A stretch of 64,000 nt of DNA from Clostridiaceae bacterium (GTDB lineage: Bacteria > Bacillota > Clostridia > Acetivibrionales > DUMB01). The position numbers and the translations under genes are program-made. The notes under the pieces are model-generated. The model had not been told where the DNA came from, ran no database searches, and worked only from the letters and a program-made list of their open reading frames with translations. This document shows positions 1 to 9,184 of the stretch, one piece after another; positions within the stretch are counted from its first letter, which is position 1, and every line of letters begins with the position of its first letter. The DNA is taken from positions 84,960-148,959 of the forward strand of contig DUMB01000094.1 in the NCBI GenBank assembly GCA_012840085.1. Direction: 5' to 3'.

Positions 1-953
1 CTGTTACCGGCAGTATTTCCATCATTATAGGGTTATCATTAGCAAATGCTGCCATGACAAATGCATGCACATATCCGAGCTCGGTCACCGACCCGGCACA
101 GCAAGGATTAGCCACCAACATGGCATGGGTTATAGCTATTATTACACTGGTTTCAACAATACTTTATTCTGTATACCTGAAGGGTAAGCTAAGTCAGTTA
201 CCTATTCTTTTTGGCCTTATTACAGGGTATATTGCTGCTGCAATTATAGGTGCAATTACCGGAATACCCTTTATATCTTTTAACACAGTACAAGGTGGAA
301 TTATCAGTTTACCGGTATTTACGCTGCCTAAGCCTTCACTGGCTGCTGTTGCTGCTATAATGCCGATAGCAATTGCAACAATTCCTGAGTCTTCCGCACA
401 TATATATCAGCTTGACATATATGTGAAGGACCTTGCAAGGAAGAAAAATTCTCCTAAGAAATATGATATTGAAAACCTGCTGGGGCTTAACTTGGTGGGA
501 GACGGCATAGGTGACATTGTATCAGGATTCATAGGCGGGCCTGCAGGAACAAACTATGGTGAAAATATCAGTGCCATGGCTATTTCCAGAGTGTTCTCAG
601 TTCCTGTATTAATTGCAGCTTCTATAATTACAATGATCATTTCCTGTTTTACTCCATTGATTAATATAGTTTATTCTATTCCAACAGCTGTAATAGGTGG
701 GCTTTCCATTTATCTGTTTGGTGTTATAGGAGCTCAGGGTATCGCAATAATGATGGACAAGAAAGTGGATCTGTTTAAATCCAAGAACTTAGCCGTTATC
801 GCTGTTATTTTAATCGTCGGCCTTGGTGGCAGCTTTGGTTTCAAAGATGGAATGATTCCAATGTTCGGAACTCAGTTCCCTGCAATTGCAACTGCTGCTG
901 TTTTTGGAATCGTATTAAATCTTTTGCTCTCAATCGGTGAAAAAGCTGAATAA
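1..953 (+). CDS. NCS2-family nucleobase (uracil/xanthine-type) permease, C-terminal ~317 aa; 5' end outside window
   Basis: Frame of ORF 54..953 stays open back to nt 3 (VTGSISIIIGLSLANAA...). Polytopic membrane protein with NCS2-type motif TNYGENISAMAISRVFS. Confidence 0.8.
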   Translation, partial: VTGSISIIIGLSLANAAMTNACTYPSSVTDPAQQGLATNMAWVIAIITLVSTILYSVYLKGKLSQLPILFGLITGYIAAAIIGAITGIPFISFNTVQGGIISLPVFTLPKPSLAAVAAIMPIAIATIPESSAHIYQLDIYVKDLARKKNSPKKYDIENLLGLNLVGDGIGDIVSGFIGGPAGTNYGENISAMAISRVFSVPVLIAASIITMIISCFTPLINIVYSIPTAVIGGLSIYLFGVIGAQGIAIMMDKKVDLFKSKNLAVIAVILIVGLGGSFGFKDGMIPMFGTQFPAIATAAVFGIVLNLLLSIGEKAE

Positions 954-1021
954 AGACATTTATTAGATTTCACCGTTGCTAAAAAAGCTCTTGTGATATA
1001 TAAGCTTGTTATATATAAAAA

Positions 1022-1062
1022 TAAAAGCCTTGTGGACATGCCTTCTGCAGGCTTTTATTTCA
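1022..1062 (+). terminator. Putative rho-independent terminator after the permease gene
   Basis: AAGCCT (1025-1030) pairs with AGGCTT (1049-1054) with partial inner pairing, followed by TTTTATTT. Confidence 0.45.
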
Positions 1063-1135
1063 TTCTCTGTTAAATCCCTGTGCCAAAGTTATTGCATCAT
1101 GTTTCTTTCGCATGATTTGTCGCGTTATAGAGTCA

Positions 1136-1174
1136 GAATAAAAATGTTGGGGTAGCTTTTTTAACCACCCCAAC
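1136..1174 (-). terminator. Putative rho-independent terminator (minus strand)
   Basis: 8-bp stem GTTGGGGT (1146-1153) / ACCCCAAC (1167-1174). On the minus strand it is followed by ATTTTTATTC. Confidence 0.45.
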
Positions 1175-1175
1175 T

Positions 1176-1308
1176 TTATAATCGAATCACATTTATTACA
1201 GAACCATATAACCGCATTTCTATTTCTGCCTCACCATCTGCAACAGCCTGGGCTACTGCCACAGCAATATCCGGGTACGGCACCGGCTTATCATCAAATA
1301 TGCCTTAA
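1176..1308 (-). pseudogene. Remnant of an RpiB/LacA/LacB-family sugar-phosphate isomerase (start-less fragment of about 44 codons)
   Basis: Minus-strand translation is GIFDDKPVPYPDIAVAVAQAVADGEAEIEMRLYGSVINVIRL*. YPDIAVAVAQAVADGEAE resembles the RpiB N-terminal YPDFA..VAEAV.SGEAD motif. There is no start codon (a stop lies immediately upstream) and the sequence diverges where the catalytic ICGTGIG should follow. Confidence 0.35.
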
Positions 1309-1310
1309 TA

Positions 1311-1420
1311 TTTGTCTACTTATCATTTGTATATTGACCATCTGTTTACTTATCATTTGTCTACGGATTATTTGCCTACTAATTATCTGTCTGCTGATTA
1401 TTTGCCTGCTGAATTTTGAC
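1311..1420. repeat. Degenerate 13-17 bp tandem repeat (about 7.5 units, TTTGYCTRCTNATTA-like)
   Basis: Units read off directly: tttgtctacttatca / tttgtatattgaccatc / tgtttacttatca / tttgtctacggatta / tttgcctactaattatc / tgtctgctgatta / tttgcctgctgaat. Confidence 0.65.
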
Positions 1421-1488
1421 TGATACATTCAGCTAAGACACTTCAGTACGCATTTCAGTGCTTCAGTACCCTTTCCAGCAAGCATACT

Positions 1489-4400
1489 TTATTTAGATAA
1501 CAAATTGTACAAAATCTGTGCCATTTCCGCCCTGTTTGCTGTTCCTGCAGGTGTAAGCATATTATTGTTGCCGCTAACAATTCCTGCTTTTACAAGTGCT
1601 TCCACAGCATCCTTTGCCCATGATGCAATAACTCCTGCATCAACAAATGTTGCCAAATCTCTGCCTGTATCTTTGGCAGGCAATTCATCTATCAGCTTTA
1701 AGGTATTATACAATAGCGTAAACATTTCCTGTCTTGTAATTTGCTTTTCAGGAGCAAACATATTGTTGCCGATTCCTGCTGAAATACCAAGTCTCTTTGC
1801 AGCTGCCAGGTAACCTGTATAATAGGTATTTCCTGCGTCAGAGAAGTTATCAGTTATATTTTCATCAGGTTTGATGCCGTAAGCTCTCATCAGCATAACC
1901 AGGAACTGTCCGCGTGTGAGCTTATCATTCGGGCTGAAATTGTTATTGCCTGTTCCTAAGGTTATTCCCCTTGCTGCCACAAAACTGACCGCGTTACTAT
2001 ACCATGCATTTGCTGCAACATCATTGAACTCGACTTTGTTATAGCCTATTGCATACCGTGAGAAATGGTCAGTCTCAAAGCTGATATTTCCGGTTTCAGC
2101 ATTATATGAACCATTAGTAACAATTTCTGCTTTACCTTCTTCATTAATGTAATAAACAACAACTGCATTTTTATCTTCGCCAGGCTTGAGCGTATATGGT
2201 ATTACCACCGTTGCCTTACCGTCTCCAAATTCTGATATTGCTTTATTATCAGCTTTTACACTAAAGCTATACACCGGTCTGTTTCCGACAATTTCTCTTA
2301 CTTCTTCCGGCAGCTCAGATACATCAGCTTTATCAATAGTTATCTTAACGTCATTCTTAGCTTCTTTAAAAATCTTAATAAGTGCTTCGTCATCAAAAGT
2401 GATTGTAGCAAACGGTGTTGCCAGGGTTATTGCATTAATCCCGCTATCATTCATTGCTTTAATTGATGCTGCCGGGATGGTTATTTCTACTGATTTTGCA
2501 TCTGTTGCAGCACTTACTGCTATTTCTACCATTGCAGCTTTTCCTTCTTCTTTAGCCGCTTCTGTCACAGCCTTGTTTATAGCATCTGAAAGCTGCTCTT
2601 CTGTCACATTTGCAGTTGCTTTTCCACTCTCATCACTTTCTGCTTCAACAGTTGTTGTGCTTATTACCGAAGTTTCACTGCTTACTACGGTTGCTTCTGG
2701 CACTGTTGCCGGTTCTTCTTCAGTGGGAGTTTCAACAGGCGGAGTTACAATCGGCGGAATTATAACCGGAGGCTTGGTTTTAACTTTAAGTCCCGCTATT
2801 GCAGTTTTCAATTCTTCAAGGGCAGAATCAACTTCTTCCTGTGACGCATCAACATCTTCCATAACACTAACTGCCTTGCTTAATGCAGTTTCAAGCAGCG
2901 ACCAGGATTCTTCCGTATATTTCTCTTTTTCCAGTTTCTTTGCTTCATCAATCTTTGCTTCAAGCTCAGTTTTATCAGCTGGAACTTTAAGTCCCGCTAT
3001 TGCAGCATTCAATTCTTCAAGTGCAGAATCAACTTCTTCCTGTGACGCACCAATATTCTCTCTAACACTGTTTGCCGTATTCAATGCAGTTTCCAGCAGT
3101 GCCCAGGATTCCTCCGTATATTTCTCTTTTTCCAGTTTCTTTGCTTCATCGATCTTTGCTTCAAGTTCAGTTTTATTTGCCGGGATGATTATATAATCGA
3201 TGTTTGCAGCGCGGTCACCATTGTCATACTGGAATTTAATGGTTCCTCCCTCGGGAATATCCACATCTATGGTTATTTCCTTAAAGGGTGCTCCCCAGCC
3301 TCCGGTTATCGGGAAATATACATCCTGGTTGTGCTCACCGTTAACATAGAGGCTCAGGTGTGAATCTGAAAGACCTGTTGCATAGACTATTATGAGTTTG
3401 TTCGTAGCAGCCAGATTTTTAAACTCCACAGCTGCTCCCAAATGATCTATGCTTCCAACCTTATATCTGCCTGATGCCGCCGAATCACTCTGACTATATG
3501 CAGAACCATATTTCTTTCCATATTCACCTTCGATTTTTCCGGAGTGGTTTCTGCTTATTCTCTCCAGACCTTCTATTGCGGACTTCAGTCTGGCAGCAGC
3601 TTCATTTATTTCCTGCTGGCTTGGACAATTTGCGTTAGTTTCAAGTGCTGAAATAAATTCAGCTTTGAAAGCATCCCAGGTTGACTTTGTATAATCCATT
3701 TGAATAAGAGAATATGAATCACTGATCAATTTTGCGAGCTCGGAGTTATCAAAATCAGTTAATCCAATATAGTCAACATTTGCACCCAGGTCTCTCCCGT
3801 AATCGTTCTGCAGTTTGATGGTTGCTCCATCCGGGATGTCCACGTCTACAGTTACCTGAGCACATGCATCCTCTCCATTCCATCTTCCGGTTGATATCAG
3901 GTCTATATCCTTAACAAATTCTCCATTTATATACAGTGCCAGTTTGGGATTTTCAGCAGCGGATGCAGCAAAGATAACTAATTTTGAGGCTTTGGCGCAA
4001 TTTACAAACTCTACTGCAGACCCTTTGCTGTCACTCATACCATAGATAAGTGCTCCCCCTGATTGGAATGAGTCTCCGGCTTTACGTGCATCGCCGTACG
4101 TGATACCTGTTTCAGCTTCCACTTTCCCTGTTAATTTTCGACGCTCCAGATTATTTATCGCTGTCTGGAGTACGATAGCTGCCGCATCAACTTCTGACTG
4201 TGTTGCATTAGCTTTATTATATATAACGCGGCTGGTATCAATTGCAGATTTCAGCAAAGCCCATGATTCCGGAGTATAATCTTTTGGATTAAGGAGAAGC
4301 GCATTATTGACAGCTTCAGCAAGTAGTGATTTATCTGCTGCAACATTGGAAATAAACTTTATATAATCAATGTTTGCAGGCACATCACCATCATCATATT

Positions 4401-5892
4401 GTATTTTTACGGTTGCTCCGGCAGGAATGTCCACATCGAATGTCTTTTCTCTAAAGTTACTACTCCAGGATCCGGTATATTCAAATTCCAGTTTCTGTTT
4501 GTATTCTCCGTTTATATAGAAGCTGAGCTTAGGATTACTAAGTCCTGAGGTAAAACTTATTGTTAAGCCCGTTGATTCAATACAGTTTACAAACTCAATT
4601 GCAGATCCTACATGATCTATACTTCCTGCCATATAGCCCCCTGATGCAGCATCAGCCTTCTGCTTGTATGCAGTTCCGTACTTTATAGCACTTTCAGCTT
4701 CAACTTTTCCAGACAGATATCCTGGTTGTGTCACCATTAAACTGTAGATCATCAGCGTCAGACCTGTGGCATTTGCTGTCGGTCTTACATTGGAACCGTC
4801 ATACGGGGTATCCCAGTATGGTGCTATAAGATTATTATCGGCTCTGTTTTTATATGCCGCCTGAGCATTTGTAGTCAACCAGTCAATATATTGAGTCTGT
4901 TTGCCGAGTGTTATGAGCTTGTATATTCCGCGCATCAAAATTCCTCTGAATACAATTTCATAACTATTGGCAGGATGCGGCTGGTAAAGTCCGGCACCGC
5001 CTACATCATCCTCATATACTACAATCTGGTCAATACCTCTTGTAAAGTGTTCTTTTGCAAAATCTGCCGCTTTGCGTGCATCTGCCAGATAGCTTTCATC
5101 TTTGGTTAAATCATACAGATGTGCTGCCATTTCAATAAATATTCCTGCGTTATATGTATAAAGGTTGTCATCCCAACCACGGCCCTCCGTGGAAAATGAG
5201 TTCTCAATACCTCCATCCTCACGCATGAAACTCTTCTTAATCCACTGATAAATATCATCTGCTATTTCCAGGTAGGTCTTGTCGGTGCCGGTGAGATTAT
5301 TGTGAATCTTTTCTTCAGGATAGTATTTTGCCAGCTGAGCGGCAACAATACCAAAACCATTTGTAGGTACGTCCTTCTGGTCTCTTACATGGCGCTCACG
5401 CCACATTCCTCCGCCCCAGACGTCGTCAACATTGTTTGAGTACAGGTAATCAAAGTGCCATTTTGCCTGTTCAAGTATGTGCGGATCTTTAGTGGCCTCA
5501 TAAGCAGACATTGAAAATTGAGCATGCCACGAGTAGTCGTCAGTCCAGTCACTGTCGCTGGATATCCAGCAATACTCGTTTCCGAAACGGTTTATAGCAT
5601 GATCATCTTCAAACCAATACCATGTTTCAAGTATTCTGTTCTTATCCTCTTCACTCCCTGTCAGGTTATAGTAGTCCACTAACATCTGGCGGCAATATGC
5701 AGCTTCCCAGAAATGCAGGCCATTAATATCACCGCCTTTGTAGTGTTTGGCTAGATAAGCATTCATGCACTTTTTAACTTCATCCAGGTTAAATGAATAA
5801 GCTGCCATTGATATGGTCGGAAGGCTTACTATAATAATGCATATTGCCAAAATAAAAGACAGCAGTTTGAATACACCTTTTTTATTCGCCAT
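1489..5892 (-). CDS. Secreted S-layer-anchored multidomain glycoside hydrolase: GH76-like (alpha-1,6-mannanase family) N-terminal domain, 3 x CBM35/CBM6-like modules interleaved with FIVAR-like helical repeats, Thr/Pro linker, Ig-like region, 3 C-terminal SLH repeats
   Basis: Signal peptide MANKKGVFKLLSFILAICIIIVSLPTISMAA with RBS AGAGGGGGA. GH76-like motifs are WTDDYSW and GWDDNLYTYNAGIFIEMAAHLYDLTKDESYL. Three copies of GK(V/I)EAE...NIDYI modules. SLH motifs include FNDVAANAWYSNAVSFVAARGI. Confidence 0.6.
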   Translation of the reverse strand: MANKKGVFKLLSFILAICIIIVSLPTISMAAYSFNLDEVKKCMNAYLAKHYKGGDINGLHFWEAAYCRQMLVDYYNLTGSEEDKNRILETWYWFEDDHAINRFGNEYCWISSDSDWTDDYSWHAQFSMSAYEATKDPHILEQAKWHFDYLYSNNVDDVWGGGMWRERHVRDQKDVPTNGFGIVAAQLAKYYPEEKIHNNLTGTDKTYLEIADDIYQWIKKSFMREDGGIENSFSTEGRGWDDNLYTYNAGIFIEMAAHLYDLTKDESYLADARKAADFAKEHFTRGIDQIVVYEDDVGGAGLYQPHPANSYEIVFRGILMRGIYKLITLGKQTQYIDWLTTNAQAAYKNRADNNLIAPYWDTPYDGSNVRPTANATGLTLMIYSLMVTQPGYLSGKVEAESAIKYGTAYKQKADAASGGYMAGSIDHVGSAIEFVNCIESTGLTISFTSGLSNPKLSFYINGEYKQKLEFEYTGSWSSNFREKTFDVDIPAGATVKIQYDDGDVPANIDYIKFISNVAADKSLLAEAVNNALLLNPKDYTPESWALLKSAIDTSRVIYNKANATQSEVDAAAIVLQTAINNLERRKLTGKVEAETGITYGDARKAGDSFQSGGALIYGMSDSKGSAVEFVNCAKASKLVIFAASAAENPKLALYINGEFVKDIDLISTGRWNGEDACAQVTVDVDIPDGATIKLQNDYGRDLGANVDYIGLTDFDNSELAKLISDSYSLIQMDYTKSTWDAFKAEFISALETNANCPSQQEINEAAARLKSAIEGLERISRNHSGKIEGEYGKKYGSAYSQSDSAASGRYKVGSIDHLGAAVEFKNLAATNKLIIVYATGLSDSHLSLYVNGEHNQDVYFPITGGWGAPFKEITIDVDIPEGGTIKFQYDNGDRAANIDYIIIPANKTELEAKIDEAKKLEKEKYTEESWALLETALNTANSVRENIGASQEEVDSALEELNAAIAGLKVPADKTELEAKIDEAKKLEKEKYTEESWSLLETALSKAVSVMEDVDASQEEVDSALEELKTAIAGLKVKTKPPVIIPPIVTPPVETPTEEEPATVPEATVVSSETSVISTTTVEAESDESGKATANVTEEQLSDAINKAVTEAAKEEGKAAMVEIAVSAATDAKSVEITIPAASIKAMNDSGINAITLATPFATITFDDEALIKIFKEAKNDVKITIDKADVSELPEEVREIVGNRPVYSFSVKADNKAISEFGDGKATVVIPYTLKPGEDKNAVVVYYINEEGKAEIVTNGSYNAETGNISFETDHFSRYAIGYNKVEFNDVAANAWYSNAVSFVAARGITLGTGNNNFSPNDKLTRGQFLVMLMRAYGIKPDENITDNFSDAGNTYYTGYLAAAKRLGISAGIGNNMFAPEKQITRQEMFTLLYNTLKLIDELPAKDTGRDLATFVDAGVIASWAKDAVEALVKAGIVSGNNNMLTPAGTANRAEMAQILYNLLSK
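2784..3185. repeat. In-frame 201-bp tandem duplication (2 copies, roughly 85-90% identical by eye) inside the GH76-like gene
   Basis: ctttaagtcccgctattgca recurs at 2784 and 2985. It encodes two 67-aa units PADKTELEAKIDEAKKLEKEKYTEESW(A/S)LLETAL...EEVDSALEEL..AIAGLKV. Confidence 0.85.
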
Positions 5893-5975
5893 AACATCCC
5901 CCTCTTAAGATAATTAATAGACTTTTACCGGTATTGTCAGCGGCAATATACCGGTTATTGAATGATATCTTGAAT

Positions 5976-6015
5976 AAAATACATCAGGAGAGAATAACCC
6001 TCCCGGATGTATTTT
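5976..6015 (-). terminator. Hairpin between the solute-binding gene and the GH76-like gene (possible partial terminator)
   Basis: 10-bp stem AAAATACATC (5976-5985) / GATGTATTTT (6006-6015). The T-rich 3' arm lies on the minus strand. Confidence 0.35.
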
Positions 6016-6026
6016 ATTTGGCATGA

Positions 6027-7337
6027 TTAGTTTGCTGCACCCAGTTTTACCCAAGCGTTTTGTATCTCTTCAACAGCCTGGTCTCTTGTTTTTGCTCCAC
6101 CTATATATGCCTGCATGATTTCTCCAAATTTTTGATGGAAACTGTCAAGAGAATAGTTAACAGGTGCACCGGAAGATGGCGTAACCTTTGTTAATTCGGC
6201 AAATGCTGCTGGAATCTTCATGTCCGGTGCTGCTGCATCCTTAACAGGAGATATAACTTTGGCAACTTCGCCAAACCATTTCTTTCCATAATCTGATGTG
6301 TATAACCAGTTAAGAAGGTTTTTCGCTTCTGTTAATACCTCTGAATCCTTGTGTACTCTGAGACATTGTGCTGAGCCTGCGCATACATTTGCCTGGCTTG
6401 GATCATCGCTTACGGGATATAACATTACACCGAAATCAAAATCGGGATCGATTTTAGTAACACCTGACTCTATCCATTGCCCCTGACCGGTAACTATAGC
6501 TGCTTTGCCATTTGCGAAAGTACCGACCTGTGCATTGAAATCGCATTCAAGCGGCTTTGGATCGCCATATTTTACTGTCAGGTCAATAAAGTCAAAGTAA
6601 TTTAACAGTACCGGATGGTCTTCAAATTTTGTATTTCCGGCAATGAAATCACTTACCAGTTTAGCAGGATCAGAACTTGCGCCTACAATAAAATGCTGGA
6701 ATATATGCTTCTGTACCCACCATTCTTTATAAGCGTTTGCAAAAGGTGTTATGCCCTTGGATTCCAATTTCTTGCAAACTTCTTCCAATTCAGCCAAGGT
6801 CTTTGGCATTTCAGTTATGCCTGCATCTGCAAACAGCTTTTTGTTATAGATTAATGGGAATGAATCCATTACCAGTGGAACTCCCATTAATTTACCGTCA
6901 TATGTCATATCCTTCTTTACACTTTCTGACATTGCACTTGCCAACGGTTCATTTGACAAGTCTGCAGAATACTCTGCATAGGCTTTCAATTCGCCGCCTG
7001 CTGTTGTCATAAAAATATCAGGAATTGATCCTGCTGCAATTCTGGACTTTAATACTGTCGGGTAATCTGCCTGCAATACCTGCAAGTCTATAGTCACATT
7101 TGGAGCCACCTTTTTATATTCGCTTATATAGGCATTATAAGCATCGGTATATTCAGGTTGGCCTTGAAGAATAGATATTGTAACAGGTTCTGCTTCAGAC
7201 GACGGTGTATCTGTTTCTTGGGATGTCTGCTCTGATGTATTTGGAGTTGGATCCGAAGATGTGGATGATTTACCGCAGCCGCTAATAAGTCCGGCTAACA
7301 GCATTAAGCATACAACCATACTTAATACTTTTTTCAT
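6027..7337 (-). CDS. ABC transporter extracellular sugar-binding lipoprotein (family 1 solute-binding protein)
   Basis: Lipobox LLAGLISGC, S/T/E-rich linker, typical carbohydrate SBP length (436 aa). RBS AGGAGG lies 7 nt upstream of the ATG. Confidence 0.8.
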   Translation of the reverse strand: MKKVLSMVVCLMLLAGLISGCGKSSTSSDPTPNTSEQTSQETDTPSSEAEPVTISILQGQPEYTDAYNAYISEYKKVAPNVTIDLQVLQADYPTVLKSRIAAGSIPDIFMTTAGGELKAYAEYSADLSNEPLASAMSESVKKDMTYDGKLMGVPLVMDSFPLIYNKKLFADAGITEMPKTLAELEEVCKKLESKGITPFANAYKEWWVQKHIFQHFIVGASSDPAKLVSDFIAGNTKFEDHPVLLNYFDFIDLTVKYGDPKPLECDFNAQVGTFANGKAAIVTGQGQWIESGVTKIDPDFDFGVMLYPVSDDPSQANVCAGSAQCLRVHKDSEVLTEAKNLLNWLYTSDYGKKWFGEVAKVISPVKDAAAPDMKIPAAFAELTKVTPSSGAPVNYSLDSFHQKFGEIMQAYIGGAKTRDQAVEEIQNAWVKLGAAN

Positions 7338-7380
7338 AACTTTACCTCCTAAAAATGTAATTTATTTATAAGCCAAAGGA

Positions 7381-7410
7381 GAAAACTTTTCTTTTACAGG
7401 AAAATTTTCC
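7381..7410. promoter_or_regulatory. Two adjacent GAAAA-N-TTTTC palindromes upstream of the solute-binding gene (candidate operator)
   Basis: gaaaacttttc (7381-7391) and the perfect 12-bp palindrome ggaaaattttcc (7399-7410), about 65-45 nt upstream of the start at 7337. Confidence 0.25.
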
Positions 7411-7576
7411 CCGTGAGGCGTTAGAACGAGGCAAAATCTGTTATCACTTTTATACCTTTTTTCTGATACGCGGGTGAGGTTTTTCTGACTCGTTACATTT
7501 ACATTCTAAATAGATATCCATATATATAAAATAAATATATGTGGTATTTTAGTGGTAAAAATGTGTACAGATATAA

Positions 7577-9184
7577 TTAACTGATTAAAGTGTTCCTGTA
7601 ATCAGATGGTGAAATCCCGAAATAATTTTTGAAGGCTTTACTGAAATAATTATTATCACTGTATCCCAGCATCTGTGATATTTTGTTAATTTTAATATCT
7701 GGATCAGCTAAAAGTTCCCTGGCTTTTTCCATTCTGACTTTGATCACATACTCATATATCCCGCATCCAAATTCATCTTTAAATAATTTCATTAAATACT
7801 CTCTGCTTAAGAAGTACTTGTTTGTAAAAAGGGATATCTTTATATCCTGACAGTAATTGCTGTCAATAAATTCTTTCACTTCATAAATGTTAAAATTATC
7901 ATTTCCCAGTTGCTTCTTGGAAAGATTATAAAACAGCTCTATGAAATCAAGTAAGTACTTTTTAAACTGTTCAAAATTACAGACAGTCCTTGACAAACTT
8001 TTAAAATAGGATATAAGTTCATTTGCATCAAACTCTTTTATCATTGAAAAGTTATTAAAAATTAGCATTAATTCATCAAATATTCTATTTGCATCTCTCA
8101 GGGTGAGAACTCCGGTTTGTTCAATTTTATCAACAAATTCTTTAATTATCTCCTTTGTATATGTCAAACTTCCTCCTTCAATAGCATTGAAAATTAAATC
8201 CTTTTTGTCCAGCAAAGATATCTTCATTTTATTTATATCTTCAGGCATGTCACATATAATGCCATCGTTATTATTCAACAGATTGATGCTGCCGATAAGC
8301 TTTTCAGCCTCAAGAAATGATTTCTTTAAGCTGTCTATTCCTTCGTGGAATCCCCCTGCACCTACCATTATTATCAATTCAAATAACTGATTCAGCTTTC
8401 TCCTTGTTTTTTGAATCAAATGCAAATAATTAGCTTTCTGTTTTTCATTGAATTCACCTTTGAACGAAATAATTACTATTATTTCATTACTGTTTTTTGG
8501 ATTGACAAAATTAAAGCATTCAAACCCGTCATTAAACAGCTCGTTGATTGCGTTGGAAATGGCAAACTGTGTAAGGCTGACTTCATTAAAGTATTTGTCG
8601 CTTACCTCATCCAGGTTCATTATTCTGAAAACTGATACAGAGTAATGTTTTATGCTGCACTCAGTATCTATCAGTTCCCTGTATATTTCTCTCATTTGTT
8701 TGCTGATGCTTCCCTCTATAGCAGCCATATATAGCTTTTCTTTCAAGCTTGGCAAGGATAAATTCAGCAGAATATTCCTGTCTATGTACTGACTCTGCAT
8801 TTTCCTTCTGTTGGAAATCGTATCTATAGCTTTTGCCAAAGCATCATTAAGTTCATTTCTCTTAATCGGTTTTAATAGATAATCAATTACTTTAGAGTGA
8901 ATAGCCTGATGTGTATACTCATAATTATCATATCCGCTTATCACTATTATAGCCAGGTCAGGATACTTGCTCTCAACAATTCGGAGTAACTCCATACCGT
9001 CCATTTCCGGCATTTTCATATCGACTAAAATGATATCAGGCTTCTTTTCTTCTATTAGCCTTATTCCATTTTTCCCGTCCCATGCCTCAAAAACCTCATA
9101 TACATTTATGCTGTCCCAGTCTGCAAGTATCTTTATCGCTTCTCTTGCCGGTTCTTCGTCATCAATGATCAATACCTTATACAT
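7577..9184 (-). CDS. Two-component response regulator with C-terminal AraC-type HTH (YesN-like)
   Basis: Receiver domain MYKVLIIDDEEP...DIILVDMKMPEMDG and C-terminal AraC HTH (GYSDNNYFSKAFKNYFGISPSDYR). Preferred start is ATG 9184 (RBS GAGGGTGGG). It overlaps the kinase stop by 8 nt (ATGTATAA). Confidence 0.85.
   Translation of the reverse strand: MYKVLIIDDEEPAREAIKILADWDSINVYEVFEAWDGKNGIRLIEEKKPDIILVDMKMPEMDGMELLRIVESKYPDLAIIVISGYDNYEYTHQAIHSKVIDYLLKPIKRNELNDALAKAIDTISNRRKMQSQYIDRNILLNLSLPSLKEKLYMAAIEGSISKQMREIYRELIDTECSIKHYSVSVFRIMNLDEVSDKYFNEVSLTQFAISNAINELFNDGFECFNFVNPKNSNEIIVIISFKGEFNEKQKANYLHLIQKTRRKLNQLFELIIMVGAGGFHEGIDSLKKSFLEAEKLIGSINLLNNNDGIICDMPEDINKMKISLLDKKDLIFNAIEGGSLTYTKEIIKEFVDKIEQTGVLTLRDANRIFDELMLIFNNFSMIKEFDANELISYFKSLSRTVCNFEQFKKYLLDFIELFYNLSKKQLGNDNFNIYEVKEFIDSNYCQDIKISLFTNKYFLSREYLMKLFKDEFGCGIYEYVIKVRMEKARELLADPDIKINKISQMLGYSDNNYFSKAFKNYFGISPSDYRNTLIS

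Noticed and set aside
2186-3196. 336-aa plus-strand ORF, along with other long antisense ORFs (1505..1813, 35145..35702, 33438..33899, 18792..19283, 21443..21913).
   Set aside because: They lie entirely inside well-supported genes on the opposite strand. They have low-complexity or odd composition (Ser/Ala/Phe-rich) and no RBS. They are shadow ORFs.
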